A DNA stretch of 64,000 bases from an uncultured Acidimicrobiales bacterium (GCA_963698395.1 CAVOQQ010000003.1:713267-777266); one strand, 5' to 3'. Numbered from the stretch's first letter, positions 40,746-50,698 are shown. Program-made: numbers and translations. The notes: generated from the sequence alone by a model not told the origin.

Positions 40746-41725
40746 TGCGGCTGGCTGTCGTTGGTCTCGGCGCGGCCGGTACCCATGCCGCTCGGCGATT
40801 GCAGAGTCATCACCCCGACACGTTGTCACTCTTCGACATCGACGAACGGCGTGTGCTTGCGGCACTCGAGCACCATGATCTGGCCGAGTGTCGCCCGGGG
40901 ACAGCACTTGGCGTCGGGGCCGACGTGGTGATTCTGGCGACGCCCGCTGGTACCCATGCGTCGTTGGCTCGCGCCATCGTTCGCGAGGGGCGCCACGTCG
41001 TCTCGATCAGCGATCACCCCGGCGACGTCACGGCGCTTCTCGAACTCGGTCCCGAAGCCGCAGGGCGTGACTGCAGCGTCATCGTCGGCGCGGGGTTCGC
41101 TCCGGGATTGAGCTGCCTGCTCGCCCGCCAGGCCGCCGACCTGCTCGATGTGGTCGACCTCGTCTCGGTCGCCAAGAGCGGTACGGGCGGCCCCGCTTGT
41201 GCCCGAGAGCACCATCGGGCGATGAAGCACTCGGGTCAGGAGTTCCATCACGGTGACTGGGTGGTGCGCTCGGGCGGCTCCGGCCGGGAACTGGTGTGGT
41301 TCCCCGACCCCATCGGGGCCAGGGACTGCTACCGGGCCGATCTGCCGAGTCCGGTGCTCCTCCAGCGGGTCTTTCGTGACGCCAATCGTTTGACATCGAG
41401 GGTGTCGGCCACCCGCCGTGACCGATTCACCTCCCGGTTGCCCATGCTGCGCCCGCCGCACGCCGACGGTGGGCCCGGTGCGATTCGGGTCGAGGTTCGC
41501 GGTCGACGAGGCCCGAGCGTGGAGACGATCGTCTACGGCGTTGCCGATCATCCCTCGTTGGCTGCAGGCACCGTGGCGGCGGTCTGCGCGGTCGATCGTG
41601 CGACCTCCGATCGGCCAGCGGGGGCCTTTGGATTGGCGGAACATCCGGCGCGAGTCGACCTGCTTCGTGCACTCCGAGCCCACGGCATGCGAGTCGAGAC
41701 CTATGAGGGTGCGGGCCTTGCCTAG
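40745..41725 (+). CDS. NAD(P)-binding oxidoreductase, saccharopine-dehydrogenase-like
   Basis: N-terminal Rossmann motif RLAVVGLGAAGTHAARRL, 326 aa. Confidence 0.7.
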   Translation: MRLAVVGLGAAGTHAARRLQSHHPDTLSLFDIDERRVLAALEHHDLAECRPGTALGVGADVVILATPAGTHASLARAIVREGRHVVSISDHPGDVTALLELGPEAAGRDCSVIVGAGFAPGLSCLLARQAADLLDVVDLVSVAKSGTGGPACAREHHRAMKHSGQEFHHGDWVVRSGGSGRELVWFPDPIGARDCYRADLPSPVLLQRVFRDANRLTSRVSATRRDRFTSRLPMLRPPHADGGPGAIRVEVRGRRGPSVETIVYGVADHPSLAAGTVAAVCAVDRATSDRPAGAFGLAEHPARVDLLRALRAHGMRVETYEGAGLA

Positions 41726-41881
41726 CTCTTTTCGACCCGAATCTCACATAAGGCGCGAGAATCTTCTCAAGAAATCACGGAGAGTGGTCGAATAGATCGA
41801 TAGGGAAAAAACTTCGGATTTCTCCTCAAGTTGTGCCTCCGCCGTGCCGAGAACCTTTGGCGTATGGAGGACAACAAGAGG

Positions 41882-42769
41882 ATGAAGACGATGGGCGAGA
41901 TGACGAAGGCCGAAATCAACGGACGGATCGAGGCGAATCTGCCGCTCGTGAAGCACGTGGTGTTCCAGGTGGCGGTGCACTTTCCCCGCCACGTCGACCG
42001 GGAGGATCTGGCTCGTGCCGGTGCCCTCGGTCTGGTCGAGGCTTCGCGGCGATTCGATCACAGCCGGGGCGTTCCGTTCGAACGCTTCGCTGCGCAGCGC
42101 ATCCGGGGGGCGATCCTGGACTCGGTGCGAGCGGCCGACTGGGCACCCCGCTCGGTACGTCTGCTGGCTCGCCGCCTCGAAGCCACCGAACAGCAGTTGG
42201 CGTCGGAGCTCGGGCGAGTTCCTTCCCTACCGGAGATGGCCAACGAGCTCGGTGTGTCGATCGATGAACTCACCAAGTTGCAGGATCGGCTGTTCCGCTC
42301 GGTCGTCTTGGCGCTTGACCACGAGACCAGCGATGAAGGTGATGAAGAGCTGACCCTCGTCGACGTACTCGAAGACCGCAATTCGGTCGAACCGCTCGAG
42401 GAGCTCGAGACTCGCGAGCTGCACGCATACCTGCGCGATGCCGTTGGCCTCCTGCCCGAGCGTCAGCGCTTCGTGGTCGTTGGCTACTTCCTCGAAGGTC
42501 GTACCTCAGAAGAGCTCGCTCGTTTCCTCGGTGTGACCGAATCCCGGGTGAGTCAGCTTCGATCCGAGGCGCTCCGCAACCTCAAGCTCGGCATCGAAGC
42601 TCAGTACGACGACGAAACACCCGACGAGCCATCAGGTCGTGTCGCCAAGCGTCAGGCGGCCTACGCCGAGGCCGTGTGCGAGGAGTCGAACTGGAAGAAC
42701 CGGCTCGGACGCTGGGACGGTGAGTACGACGTTCCCGAGGAACCGCTGCTCCCGGTCATTGCGGTCTGA
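41882..42769 (+). CDS. FliA/WhiG-type (group 3) sigma-70 family sigma factor with a C-terminal extension
   Basis: Regions 2-4 are present (DREDLARAGALGLVEASRRFD, FERFAAQRIRGAILD, TSEELARFLGVTESRVSQLRSEAL). The ATG at 41882 has GGAGGA 10 nt upstream; the ORF track starts at 41831. Confidence 0.88.
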   Translation: MKTMGEMTKAEINGRIEANLPLVKHVVFQVAVHFPRHVDREDLARAGALGLVEASRRFDHSRGVPFERFAAQRIRGAILDSVRAADWAPRSVRLLARRLEATEQQLASELGRVPSLPEMANELGVSIDELTKLQDRLFRSVVLALDHETSDEGDEELTLVDVLEDRNSVEPLEELETRELHAYLRDAVGLLPERQRFVVVGYFLEGRTSEELARFLGVTESRVSQLRSEALRNLKLGIEAQYDDETPDEPSGRVAKRQAAYAEAVCEESNWKNRLGRWDGEYDVPEEPLLPVIAV

Positions 42770-42786
42770 ACGAGGATGCTGCCAGG

Positions 42787-43527
42787 CTAGAAGGTGGTCG
42801 CTGCCTGCCAGCGGTCGAACAGGCTGGCATCACCGAAGAGCTCGAGGCGACTCGGTGGAATACGACTCCACAGCGCCAGGAGCAGATCGGACACCGGGCC
42901 TCGAGCAGCGACGTCGCCCTTGGCGTGACCGGTGGTCCAGGTGATCTCGGTTGGTCCCAACGTGATCAACCATTCGCCGTCGTCGATGTCGGTTGCGTGC
43001 AGGTGGATGACCTCACCACTCCCTGCGAGCGAATCGAAGCTCAGACGAGTAGGAGCGAACGTCTCGAACACCTCATCGATGCCGTCGCGCGCCTGGGCGG
43101 CGTCGATGGGCTGCGGTGAGCGGATGGCCGACTCGGCGTCCCACCGGTGCATGGCGGTCTCGTGTGCGAGTCGGCGAAGCCACCAGCGAGCAGGCTGGGG
43201 ACCGGTGAACGTGGGGACGATCTGATCGAGATCCACCGTGTCGAGCTTGGACATGAGCCCTTCGGTGGACTTGGCGAACCAGTCGAGCACGGCCTCGCCC
43301 AGTGGCGGCTCCGGGATGTCAGCACGCCGCGGTGGTTGCTCGGGCGTTGCGCCAAGGGCCAGCGTCACATAGCGAAAGACCCAGCCGGTGTGGCCGATGA
43401 CGGCGCCAACGGTCCAACCCTCGATATGCGGCAGGTCGATGTCGAGATGGTCGACCGAGATCGACTGCAGCCGTGCCGCTTCCTCAGTGAGGAGGCGCCG
43501 GTATTCGGAACTGGGCAGCTGAGGCAT
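42787..43527 (-). CDS. DinB/MDMPI-fold (maleylpyruvate isomerase family, mycothiol-dependent type) protein
   Basis: Internal Met of ORF 42787..43842 (MPQLPSSEYRRLLTEEAARL...WTVGAVIGHTGWV...HETAMHRWDAE). Confidence 0.8.
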   Translation of the reverse strand: MPQLPSSEYRRLLTEEAARLQSISVDHLDIDLPHIEGWTVGAVIGHTGWVFRYVTLALGATPEQPPRRADIPEPPLGEAVLDWFAKSTEGLMSKLDTVDLDQIVPTFTGPQPARWWLRRLAHETAMHRWDAESAIRSPQPIDAAQARDGIDEVFETFAPTRLSFDSLAGSGEVIHLHATDIDDGEWLITLGPTEITWTTGHAKGDVAARGPVSDLLLALWSRIPPSRLELFGDASLFDRWQAATTF

Positions 43528-43669
43528 GCCTAGAGTCTGGCACCTCGGTGCCGAGCATCGGCGGACATCGCCGCAGAGTTCCGGTGAACGCGGCGTGGCG
43601 GATCTCGTCGAGGCTGCGTGAGCAGGGGATCGATATCCGGGAGCGACCGTGCCGAACGGCGAGCGGACG

Positions 43670-44647
43670 TCAGACCCGCCGGTGTTCGCTGACCCAGGCG
43701 TCGAGCTGGCGCCACTGGTCGTTGAGCCACGCCACCTGCTCGGCGGGCTCGGTGGGAACGGTCGATCGGTCGATCTCCCACCAGCGCACGAGCACCCGAT
43801 GTCGAAGCGGCAGCTGGCGTCGCAGCCCCTGCAGTTCGGCAACGCCTTCGAGGCCGGTGTGCGCCAGGATGACGATCGGGGAGTCGGGGCAGTGGGCGAG
43901 GAGCGCCAGGGTGCCCGCCGGTTTCGGCGGCAGCAGATGCACCAACTCGTCGTTGAGTCGTTTGGCGGTGTCGTCGCCCCGCCGGTTCAGCGAGGTCCCG
44001 ATGCGTTGCTTCGCCGATGGCGTGGCGTACGTGCCTTCGGGGAAGATCACGATGCCGGCATCGGGGTGGGCGTGGTCGGCGAGGCGGGCGATCTGAGCGA
44101 TCTCGGCATCGGTGTCGCCGTTGCGGTCGACGAAGTGGTCGCCGAGTCGATGACCGTAGATGTCGATATTCGGGAGGTTCTGGAGTTCCTTCTTCATCAC
44201 ATACTGGACCGGTCGGCTGAACATCATGGAGAAGAGGTGTGCGGGGATGACGGCATCGACCATGCTCGCGTGCCGGCTGAGCACGATGACCTTGCCCGGC
44301 GGCATCGGATCGGTGCCGGTGTCGAGGTGGACATCGAGCAGGCGACCGGCCCACTGCAACAGCGAGGTCGACCACCAGCCCTGCATCGAAACGTGAGCCG
44401 CGTAGTCGAGGCGTCGACCGAACCCGCCGGTGATCCACAGGTAGAAGGCGTAGGTGACCCCGATCCATTCGTGGATGCAGAACACCAGAACGAAACACCA
44501 GAGTCGCAGCAAGGGCAGGTCGAACTGACCGGTGACGAGGTCGTAGAGCACCAAGGCCGGGCCGATCACGGGGAACAGCACGAGCCACAGGGGAACGGCG
44601 ATGATCAGCGCCGGAATGGTCTTGCATCGCCGCTTCATCGTCTCCAC
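43670..44647 (-). CDS. lysophospholipid (1-acyl-sn-glycerol-3-phosphate) acyltransferase family protein with N-terminal TM helices
   Basis: HxxxxD block SRHASMVDA and FPEGT block. Confidence 0.85.
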   Translation of the reverse strand: METMKRRCKTIPALIIAVPLWLVLFPVIGPALVLYDLVTGQFDLPLLRLWCFVLVFCIHEWIGVTYAFYLWITGGFGRRLDYAAHVSMQGWWSTSLLQWAGRLLDVHLDTGTDPMPPGKVIVLSRHASMVDAVIPAHLFSMMFSRPVQYVMKKELQNLPNIDIYGHRLGDHFVDRNGDTDAEIAQIARLADHAHPDAGIVIFPEGTYATPSAKQRIGTSLNRRGDDTAKRLNDELVHLLPPKPAGTLALLAHCPDSPIVILAHTGLEGVAELQGLRRQLPLRHRVLVRWWEIDRSTVPTEPAEQVAWLNDQWRQLDAWVSEHRRV

Positions 44648-44717
44648 CGGTCAAAAGCTAGTGGCTTGGTTTGCCGCTCGTTGACAACACTGCCGTCGAC
44701 GACACGGCCAACGACGC

Positions 44718-44747
44718 GAAACAGCGCACCCGAAGGTGCGCCGTTTC
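44718..44747 (-). terminator. stem-loop downstream of rpmG
   Basis: On the minus strand: GAAACGGCGCACC-UUCG-GGUGCGCUGUUUC followed by a U-containing tail. Confidence 0.55.
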
Positions 44748-44795
44748 GAAGGTCTGGTGTCACTCACCCGCAGGAGAGGGGGGCGAGGAAGGCGC

Positions 44796-44963
44796 TCAGC
44801 GCTCTTCCTTGAAGATCACGTGGCGGCGAACCACGGGATCGTACTTGCGAAGCTCGATGCGCTCGCGAGTGTTCGTCTTGTTCTTGCGGGTCGTGTAGGT
44901 GAACCCGGTGCCCTCGGTGGAGCGGAGCTTGATGACGGGGCGCTTGTCGCCTGACTTGGCCAT
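44796..44963 (-). CDS. rpmG: 50S ribosomal protein L33 (Cys-less form)
   Basis: [55 protein letters not shown]. The ATG overlaps the rpmB stop (TAATG). Confidence 0.95.
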   Translation of the reverse strand: MAKSGDKRPVIKLRSTEGTGFTYTTRKNKTNTRERIELRKYDPVVRRHVIFKEER

Positions 44964-45199
44964 TAGAACTTCACTCCTCGGCGGCGCATGTCGGCCGCAA
45001 CGCTTTCGATGCCCTTCTTGTTGATGGTCTTGATGCCCTTGGCACTGACCGTCAACTTGACCCACCGCTTTTCGCTGGGGAGCCAGAAACGCTGGGTTTG
45101 GATGTTCGGATCCCAACGACGCTTGGTGACGCGGTGTGAGTGGGAAATGCTATTACCGAAGCTCGGCTTGCGACCGGTGACTTGGCAGACCATCGACAT
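44963..45199 (-). CDS. rpmB: 50S ribosomal protein L28
   Basis: [34 protein letters not shown]..., 78 aa. Confidence 0.95.
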   Translation of the reverse strand: MSMVCQVTGRKPSFGNSISHSHRVTKRRWDPNIQTQRFWLPSEKRWVKLTVSAKGIKTINKKGIESVAADMRRRGVKF

Positions 45200-45520
45200 G
45201 GCGGTGACCTCTTCAGACGTTCGACTGGCAGTCGTTCTCACGGCAGGGACCGAGTGGTCACAACCGACCGCCAAATGGTAGCGGCCCAACCACTCGCCTC
45301 CACCCGCAGGCATCGGCAACGGTGCGCGTGTGAACCCGGCGCCATGAGGCGCTCCACCCGATGTGCCCGGCCGAGGGTAGTGATGCCCACGGGTCGCCGC
45401 GTGGATGGTTCGAATGACCTATGCGCAACACGGGCAATTATGTCGATACGGTGACGAAACCCGTTCAAGGCGAAAGGTCGAACCACTCGATGGCCGACCA
45501 CGTCTGTGAAGGAGATCCCC

Positions 45521-46738
45521 TTGCTGAAGAAACGCGTTACCGGCGTGGCTGTCGCTCTCAGCGCACTCGCCTCCGCCGTCGTGGTGGTGCCCGTCTCGCC
45601 CGCAGGAGCCGAGGTCGTGGTGCACGACATCGTGCTTCCGGTCGATGCCGGCTCGCTCGATCAGGTCTACTGGACCGACACCTGGGGTGCGCCGCGCAGT
45701 GGCGGTCGCGCGCACGAAGGCGTCGACATGATGGGTCCCAAGGGCACGCCGCTGCTGGCGGCGGCCGACGGTGTCATCACGTGGTTCCGCCACGACGACG
45801 TGCGGGGCAACTACCTCGAGCTCACGGGCGACGACGGCTGGGTGTACCACTACTCCCACATGAACAACGACACGCCCGGTACCGACGACGGTGCCAACCC
45901 GTTCGAGTACGCCTATGCCCCTGGCATGGAACGCGGTGTGCGGGTCAGTGCCGGTCAGCTGATCGCCTACATGGGCGACTCGGGCAATGCCGAGAACGCG
46001 GGCTCGCACCTGCACTTCGAGATCGAGACACCAGACGGTCAGGCCATCAACCCGACGCCCAGCGTCGACGCGGCGAGGACCCGGGTGGGCATGCCGTCGA
46101 TCCCGGCCAGTCTGCTCGGTCCATTCGATTCGGCGCTCGCCCTCAGCACCGAGGTCTTCACCACCTTCACCGGCCGCGAGCCGACGTCGGCCGAGGTATC
46201 GTTGCTCGCCCATGCAGTCGTCGATGGCGGATTGGCCAACGCCATCGTCCCCTACGTCGACAGTGCGTCGTCGGTTGCACAAATCGACCGCCTGTACGTG
46301 GCGTACTTCCTTCGTCGGCCCGACTTCGGTGGACTGCAGTACTGGCTCGGCATCCGTGGTTCGGGCACCAGCGTCACCCAGATTGCCGATTCGTTCGCTG
46401 ACGGCGACGAGTTCAAGGCCCGCTACGGCAGCCTGACCTTCGGCGACTTCGTCGATCAGCTCTATCGCGACGTGTTGTCTCGCGAGCCGGATGAGGCAGG
46501 GAAGGCGTACTGGCTGGCCGAACTGGCTGCCGGGCGGGTCACACGCGGCAACATCGTCGTGCAGTTCACCGAGGGTGCCGAGCTGATCGGTCTCACGAGC
46601 AAGCGCAGCGAGGTCGTCGGCCTCATGGCGTTGTTCGGCGATACCGCACCGACCGATGCCGAGATCGAGGCATGGATTGCCGACCGGGCAACGATGTCGC
46701 TCCCCGACGCGGCCCAGGCATGGTTCCTCACGGACTGA
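45521..46738 (+). CDS. secreted M23 metallopeptidase with C-terminal DUF4214-type repeats
   Basis: Signal peptide, HEGVDM (HxxxD), SHLHFE (HxH) and two DUF4214-like repeats (…YFLRRPDFGGLQYW…, …LYRDVLSREPDEAGKAYW…). The TTG at 45521 follows GAAGGAGA; the ORF track has a GTG at 45506. Confidence 0.88.
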   Translation: MLKKRVTGVAVALSALASAVVVVPVSPAGAEVVVHDIVLPVDAGSLDQVYWTDTWGAPRSGGRAHEGVDMMGPKGTPLLAAADGVITWFRHDDVRGNYLELTGDDGWVYHYSHMNNDTPGTDDGANPFEYAYAPGMERGVRVSAGQLIAYMGDSGNAENAGSHLHFEIETPDGQAINPTPSVDAARTRVGMPSIPASLLGPFDSALALSTEVFTTFTGREPTSAEVSLLAHAVVDGGLANAIVPYVDSASSVAQIDRLYVAYFLRRPDFGGLQYWLGIRGSGTSVTQIADSFADGDEFKARYGSLTFGDFVDQLYRDVLSREPDEAGKAYWLAELAAGRVTRGNIVVQFTEGAELIGLTSKRSEVVGLMALFGDTAPTDAEIEAWIADRATMSLPDAAQAWFLTD

Positions 46739-48041
46739 GCGAGTCACACCAATCGGCGGCCGCTTCGCAGAAGCGATCGAGCTGCGCGTCGGTGACCGGG
46801 ATCGAGAGTGCGATGAACCCCCGTCTCGCCAGGTAGAAGCCGGCATCGAGCATGTCGAAGAAGAACAGCTCTCGGTAACGCTCGTCGCTCGCGGTGAGGT
46901 CAGAAGGCGACCGAACCGGGCCGGGCACGGCGTGCACGTTCATCAACGAGCCAAGCCCCGACACACTCATCGGCAGGCCGGATCGTGCGAAGATCGCCGC
47001 CAGGTCGGCGCGTAGACGCTCACCCTTGTCGTTGAGCGCACCGATGGCGTCGGCGGTGGCGACCTGCTCGAGCGTTGCCACGCCGGCGGCCATCGTGAGC
47101 ACGTTGTTGTTGAAGGTTCCGGCATGGCCGAGGGACTCGAGACCTGCGTAGGGCCCATCGGTCGACGATCGGCCGGTGTCGAAGACCGACAGGATGTCGG
47201 CTCGCCCACCGAAGGCGCCGAAACTCATGCCGCCGGCGAGGTATTTGCCAAACGTGGTGAGGTCAGGCATCACGCCATAGCGCTGCTGCGCACCCCCAGG
47301 CGACAGGCGAGAGGTCATCACTTCGTCGAAGATCAGCAGACTTCCGTGCCGATCGCAGAGCGAGCGAAGCCCCTCGAGGAACGAGGGTTCACCGGGGATA
47401 CAACCGCCGGAGCCGAGCATGGGTTCCACCACGATCGCCGCGATCTCCTCGCCGCGACGTTCGAGGACGGAGGCCACCGAGTCGAGGTCGTTGAACGTCG
47501 CCACCTCGGTGTCGAACGGCACGTTGATCGCCCGACCGCCGGCGCCGTAGGTCAGGACACCGCCGTGGTAGCCACCGTCGAAGACGATGATGGTCGACCG
47601 ACCGGTGACGTGCCGAGCAGTGGCAATTGCCATCAGATTCGCTTCGGTGCCCGAATTCGTGAAGCGCACCCGTTCGAGCGACGGGAATCGGTCGACCATG
47701 AGCTCGGCGAAACGAATCTCGTTGGGATGGGTGGCGCCGAGTGCCCAGCCCGACGTCATGGCAGCAGCGACGGCATCGGCCACCGGCGTGGGGGAGTGGC
47801 CGGCCAACCCGGCGGTGTAGTTTCCGAGCAGATCGACCATGCGGTGACCGTCGACGTCGGTGAGCGTTGCCCCGTCGGCCTCCGCCACCCGGAAGGGAAA
47901 GGGATCGAAATGCAGAACGGTACGGGTGTGACCGCCGGGCAGGTAGCGAGCGGCCTCGTCGGCCAAGGCAGCGGATCTCGGCCGTTTGGCAACATAGGTT
48001 TCCCGAGCCGCATCGAGTCGTTCGTCGAGGGTCGTCGTCAC
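46728..48041 (-). CDS. class III aminotransferase (glutamate-1-semialdehyde aminomutase-like)
   Basis: GNYTAGLAGHSP, FTNSGTEANL, LIFDEVMTSR and TFGKYLAGG (PLP Lys). Confidence 0.9.
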   Translation of the reverse strand: MTTTLDERLDAARETYVAKRPRSAALADEAARYLPGGHTRTVLHFDPFPFRVAEADGATLTDVDGHRMVDLLGNYTAGLAGHSPTPVADAVAAAMTSGWALGATHPNEIRFAELMVDRFPSLERVRFTNSGTEANLMAIATARHVTGRSTIIVFDGGYHGGVLTYGAGGRAINVPFDTEVATFNDLDSVASVLERRGEEIAAIVVEPMLGSGGCIPGEPSFLEGLRSLCDRHGSLLIFDEVMTSRLSPGGAQQRYGVMPDLTTFGKYLAGGMSFGAFGGRADILSVFDTGRSSTDGPYAGLESLGHAGTFNNNVLTMAAGVATLEQVATADAIGALNDKGERLRADLAAIFARSGLPMSVSGLGSLMNVHAVPGPVRSPSDLTASDERYRELFFFDMLDAGFYLARRGFIALSIPVTDAQLDRFCEAAADWCDSLSP

Positions 48042-48341
48042 GCTCGCGACGGTACTGGTCCGACGTTCGGATCGTCGAGGTCACGAGCTCGGGCGAATGC
48101 CATGCCTCGGGGCCTCGAGTGCGTCGACCTCGATCGCCGTCAGTGGTCGGTATCGATCTCGTATGGAGGACGGGCCCCTCTGCGGTGCGCGTGTGGAGTG
48201 TTGCGCTCGATGCGCTCGGAGTGGTCAGTTGACCACTTTCTCGCGAGCCGCGCGTGGATCACCGCTGTTCGCGCGAGAATGACAGCGATGGTGTTTCAGG
48301 GGAAAACGTGGTCAGAAGCCCGGATACTCAACCTTTTGTGC

Positions 48342-48371
48342 TGTGGATAACTCTGTGGGGTTTGTGGACAG
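48342..48371. promoter_or_regulatory. pair of DnaA boxes in the 0.6-kb intergenic region upstream of the DUF2786 gene
   Basis: TGTGGATAA (48342, exact complement of TTATCCACA) and TGTGGACAG (48363, 1 mismatch to TGTGGACAA), both in the same orientation. Confidence 0.5.
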
Positions 48372-48652
48372 TAGTCGAGTGTCACCACCGGTCATGGAGG
48401 CTCGGATGACCGTCGCCACCACACTGGGTGACATCCAGATGAACACGGTGCGTCGTGTCCAGCACTGCCTCACGCTGGCGCCTTGCCGCCCGCATCGGGC
48501 GGTGTCGGCCGCTCGCACCGGCGACGGTCATATCGGCGACCTTAGATGTCATACCGGCGACGTAGCCTTCGGGTCACTCGCCCGGTGTGTCGCTCCGGTG
48601 CCGCCTCGCCGATGTGCATCGGCCATCGACGCAACAACGAACGAGACACCGC

Positions 48653-50020
48653 ATGTCACCCTCCTCACCTACGAACGCCGCACCTACGAACGCCGCACCG
48701 CCACCACGAACAACGCCGTCGCCGTCGACCGCAGACTCGTCCGATGCAACGGGTGCCGATTGGCACCGGCTCGAGACCCGCCTGCTCGATCTGGTCACCG
48801 AGGCCTACGACCAGGGTTGGCAGCCGGCCGAGCTGCTACGCCAGGCGCGACGCCAGGCCACACGCCCGGCGTTCGCTCTTGCCATGCTGGCGATCGCAGC
48901 CGATCATCGATCACGCCCGAGCAGCGCCTACCACCCGCTCTGGCTCGAACAGATCGAGGGGCTCGACCTGCCGATCGACGACGCCACCGGCGGTTGGCTC
49001 CGTCGTGCGCTCGACGACCCGACGCCTCCGAGCCCCTCTCCTGTCGCCGACGGGGCGGTTGCCGGCTCGCCACGCGGCGATGCTTCACCGGGTGATCGCC
49101 GGGGCGCTCGTGCCGGTGCCGACGCGATCGCCGACGCGATCGCCGACGACGCCTGGTCGCTCTTCCTTGCCTGGGCAACGCCACCGGAGCTGCCATGCCT
49201 GCTTCCACCACCGGTGGGTGTCAGGGCGCGATTGATCGTCGACCTTGCCGGCTCGACCGCACCCAACCCCATCCTCGACAAGGTGCGGGCGCTGCTTGCC
49301 AAGGCCGAAGCCACCACGTTCGAGGCCGAGGCCGAGGCGTTCACCGTCAAGGCGCACGAGCTGATGGCGAGGCACCTGATCGACGATGCCGTTCTGGCGG
49401 CCGGCCGCCGCAGCACCGGACGCACCACGGCCCGGCCGATCACCATTCGTCTCCCGATCGACGCGCCCTACGCCGCCCCGAAAGCCACCCTCATCGCCGT
49501 GGTCGCCGATGCCGGCGGGTGCCGCGCCGTGCACCACCAGTCATTGGGTCTCACCTCGGTGGTCGGTCACGCCGCCGATGTGGCCGCCGTCGAACTGCTC
49601 TTCACCTCACTCCTGGTCCAGGCGCAGAGCGCCATGCATGAACAGGCTCGACTGGGTGAGGCGCACCGTCGCCGCGGGTTTCGATCGGCGTTTCTGACAG
49701 CGTTCGCGTACCGAGTGGGGGAGCGGCTGCGAGAAGGCAACGATGCGGTCCGTCGCTCGGTCGAGGAGGCAACCGGTCAGAGCCTCGTGCCGGTGCTCGC
49801 CGAGCGGACGGCTGCGGTCCAAGACGCCTTCGACGAGATCTTCACCGATGTCGTCACCCGACGACCCCCACGCCGGTGGGACCACCGTGGGGCAGCTTCG
49901 GGCCGCAACGCCGCCAACCGAGCCCAGCTCGACACCCCTGCGATACCCGGCGCCGGCGGTGACACGTCGCCAACCGGCCGACGGCGTCTGGCCGGTCCGA
50001 AAGACAACGGCTCCAGTTGA
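48653..50020 (+). CDS. DUF2786 domain-containing protein
   Basis: ILDKVRALLAKAEATTFEAEAEAFTVKAHELMARHLID matches the DUF2786 hallmark. The ATG at 48653 was chosen; the ORF track starts at 48587. A 15-bp tandem duplication (PTNAA x2) lies at 48666-48697. Confidence 0.75.
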   Translation: MSPSSPTNAAPTNAAPPPRTTPSPSTADSSDATGADWHRLETRLLDLVTEAYDQGWQPAELLRQARRQATRPAFALAMLAIAADHRSRPSSAYHPLWLEQIEGLDLPIDDATGGWLRRALDDPTPPSPSPVADGAVAGSPRGDASPGDRRGARAGADAIADAIADDAWSLFLAWATPPELPCLLPPPVGVRARLIVDLAGSTAPNPILDKVRALLAKAEATTFEAEAEAFTVKAHELMARHLIDDAVLAAGRRSTGRTTARPITIRLPIDAPYAAPKATLIAVVADAGGCRAVHHQSLGLTSVVGHAADVAAVELLFTSLLVQAQSAMHEQARLGEAHRRRGFRSAFLTAFAYRVGERLREGNDAVRRSVEEATGQSLVPVLAERTAAVQDAFDEIFTDVVTRRPPRRWDHRGAASGRNAANRAQLDTPAIPGAGGDTSPTGRRRLAGPKDNGSS

Positions 50021-50050
50021 CCGAGCCTTGATCTCGGCTGTTCGGATCCA

Positions 50051-50698
50051 TTGACTATGCTCTCGCCAGTCATGAGCATCCTGTCCGGTCCCTTCTCGAC
50101 GCTGCTGGCTGCACTGCTGCTCTCGGGTGCCGACAAGCTCCTGCGGCCGGACGCCGCCGCTCGAGCTCTTGCCACCGCCGGCTTGATTCCAGGACCCTCA
50201 TCCCGCCAACTCCGGACCGGACGAGCGATTGCAAGGGTCTTGGGCGTCGTCGAGGTGGCCGCCGGTGTCGGCGCCGCCTACTCCCTGCTCGTTCTCGAGG
50301 CCACCGATGCTCGGCTCGTGTCGGCGGTCGTCGGGGTGGCGCTCGTCTACCTGGGTTTCGCCTGGTTCCTCCGTCGTATCGAGGCAGTCAGTCCCGGTGC
50401 CTCGTGTGGCTGTTTCGGCAGTGGATCGGCCAGCGGCGCCCTCCACATCATCGCCAACCTCGCTGCCGCTGCGCTCGCCGTCGCCACGGCGGTCACCATC
50501 GTGGTGGCCCCGAGCGATCAATCGCTTCGCCAGTTGCTCGGCAGCGACCTCACCGTCGTTCCGTTGGTCGCCGCCGCGTTCACCGGTGGACTGATGTTGC
50601 TCCTCACACCATCACTGGTCGCCGATGTCCGGCGAGCGCGAACTGGCTCGACCTCGTCGGTGCCCCTTTTCACGGTCTCGAGGTCGATCAGTCCATGA
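50051..50698 (+). CDS. MauE/DoxX-family redox-associated membrane protein
   Basis: Four or five TM helices and the CGCFG motif characteristic of MauE-type proteins. Alternative ATG starts at 50057 and 50072. Its stop overlaps the next start (ATGA). Confidence 0.8.
   Translation: MTMLSPVMSILSGPFSTLLAALLLSGADKLLRPDAAARALATAGLIPGPSSRQLRTGRAIARVLGVVEVAAGVGAAYSLLVLEATDARLVSAVVGVALVYLGFAWFLRRIEAVSPGASCGCFGSGSASGALHIIANLAAAALAVATAVTIVVAPSDQSLRQLLGSDLTVVPLVAAAFTGGLMLLLTPSLVADVRRARTGSTSSVPLFTVSRSISP

Noticed and set aside
44796-45330. Zur-regulated alternative (Cys-less) ribosomal protein operon
   Set aside because: L33 here lacks the CxxC pairs, but I found no Zur-box-like AT-rich palindrome upstream of rpmB, and no second rpmB/rpmG copy can be assessed from this window.
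45395-45420. GGTTCGAAT, a T-loop-like sequence suggesting a tRNA
   Set aside because: The flanking bases do not form a T-stem or an acceptor stem, so no cloverleaf can be drawn.
45320-45505. Possible c-di-AMP (ydaO-type) riboswitch upstream of the secreted M23 peptidase
   Set aside because: The context is suggestive, because cell-wall hydrolases often carry this riboswitch in actinobacteria. However, I could not find the conserved pseudo-symmetric core motifs by eye. It needs a covariance-model scan.
48406-48650. Small ORF (MTVATTLGDIQMNTVRRVQHC...) within ORF 48343..49095, upstream of the DUF2786 gene
   Set aside because: Codon usage is moderately coding-like for about 45 codons, but there is no motif, no RBS, and it runs into the DUF2786 gene in another frame. 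The evidence is insufficient.
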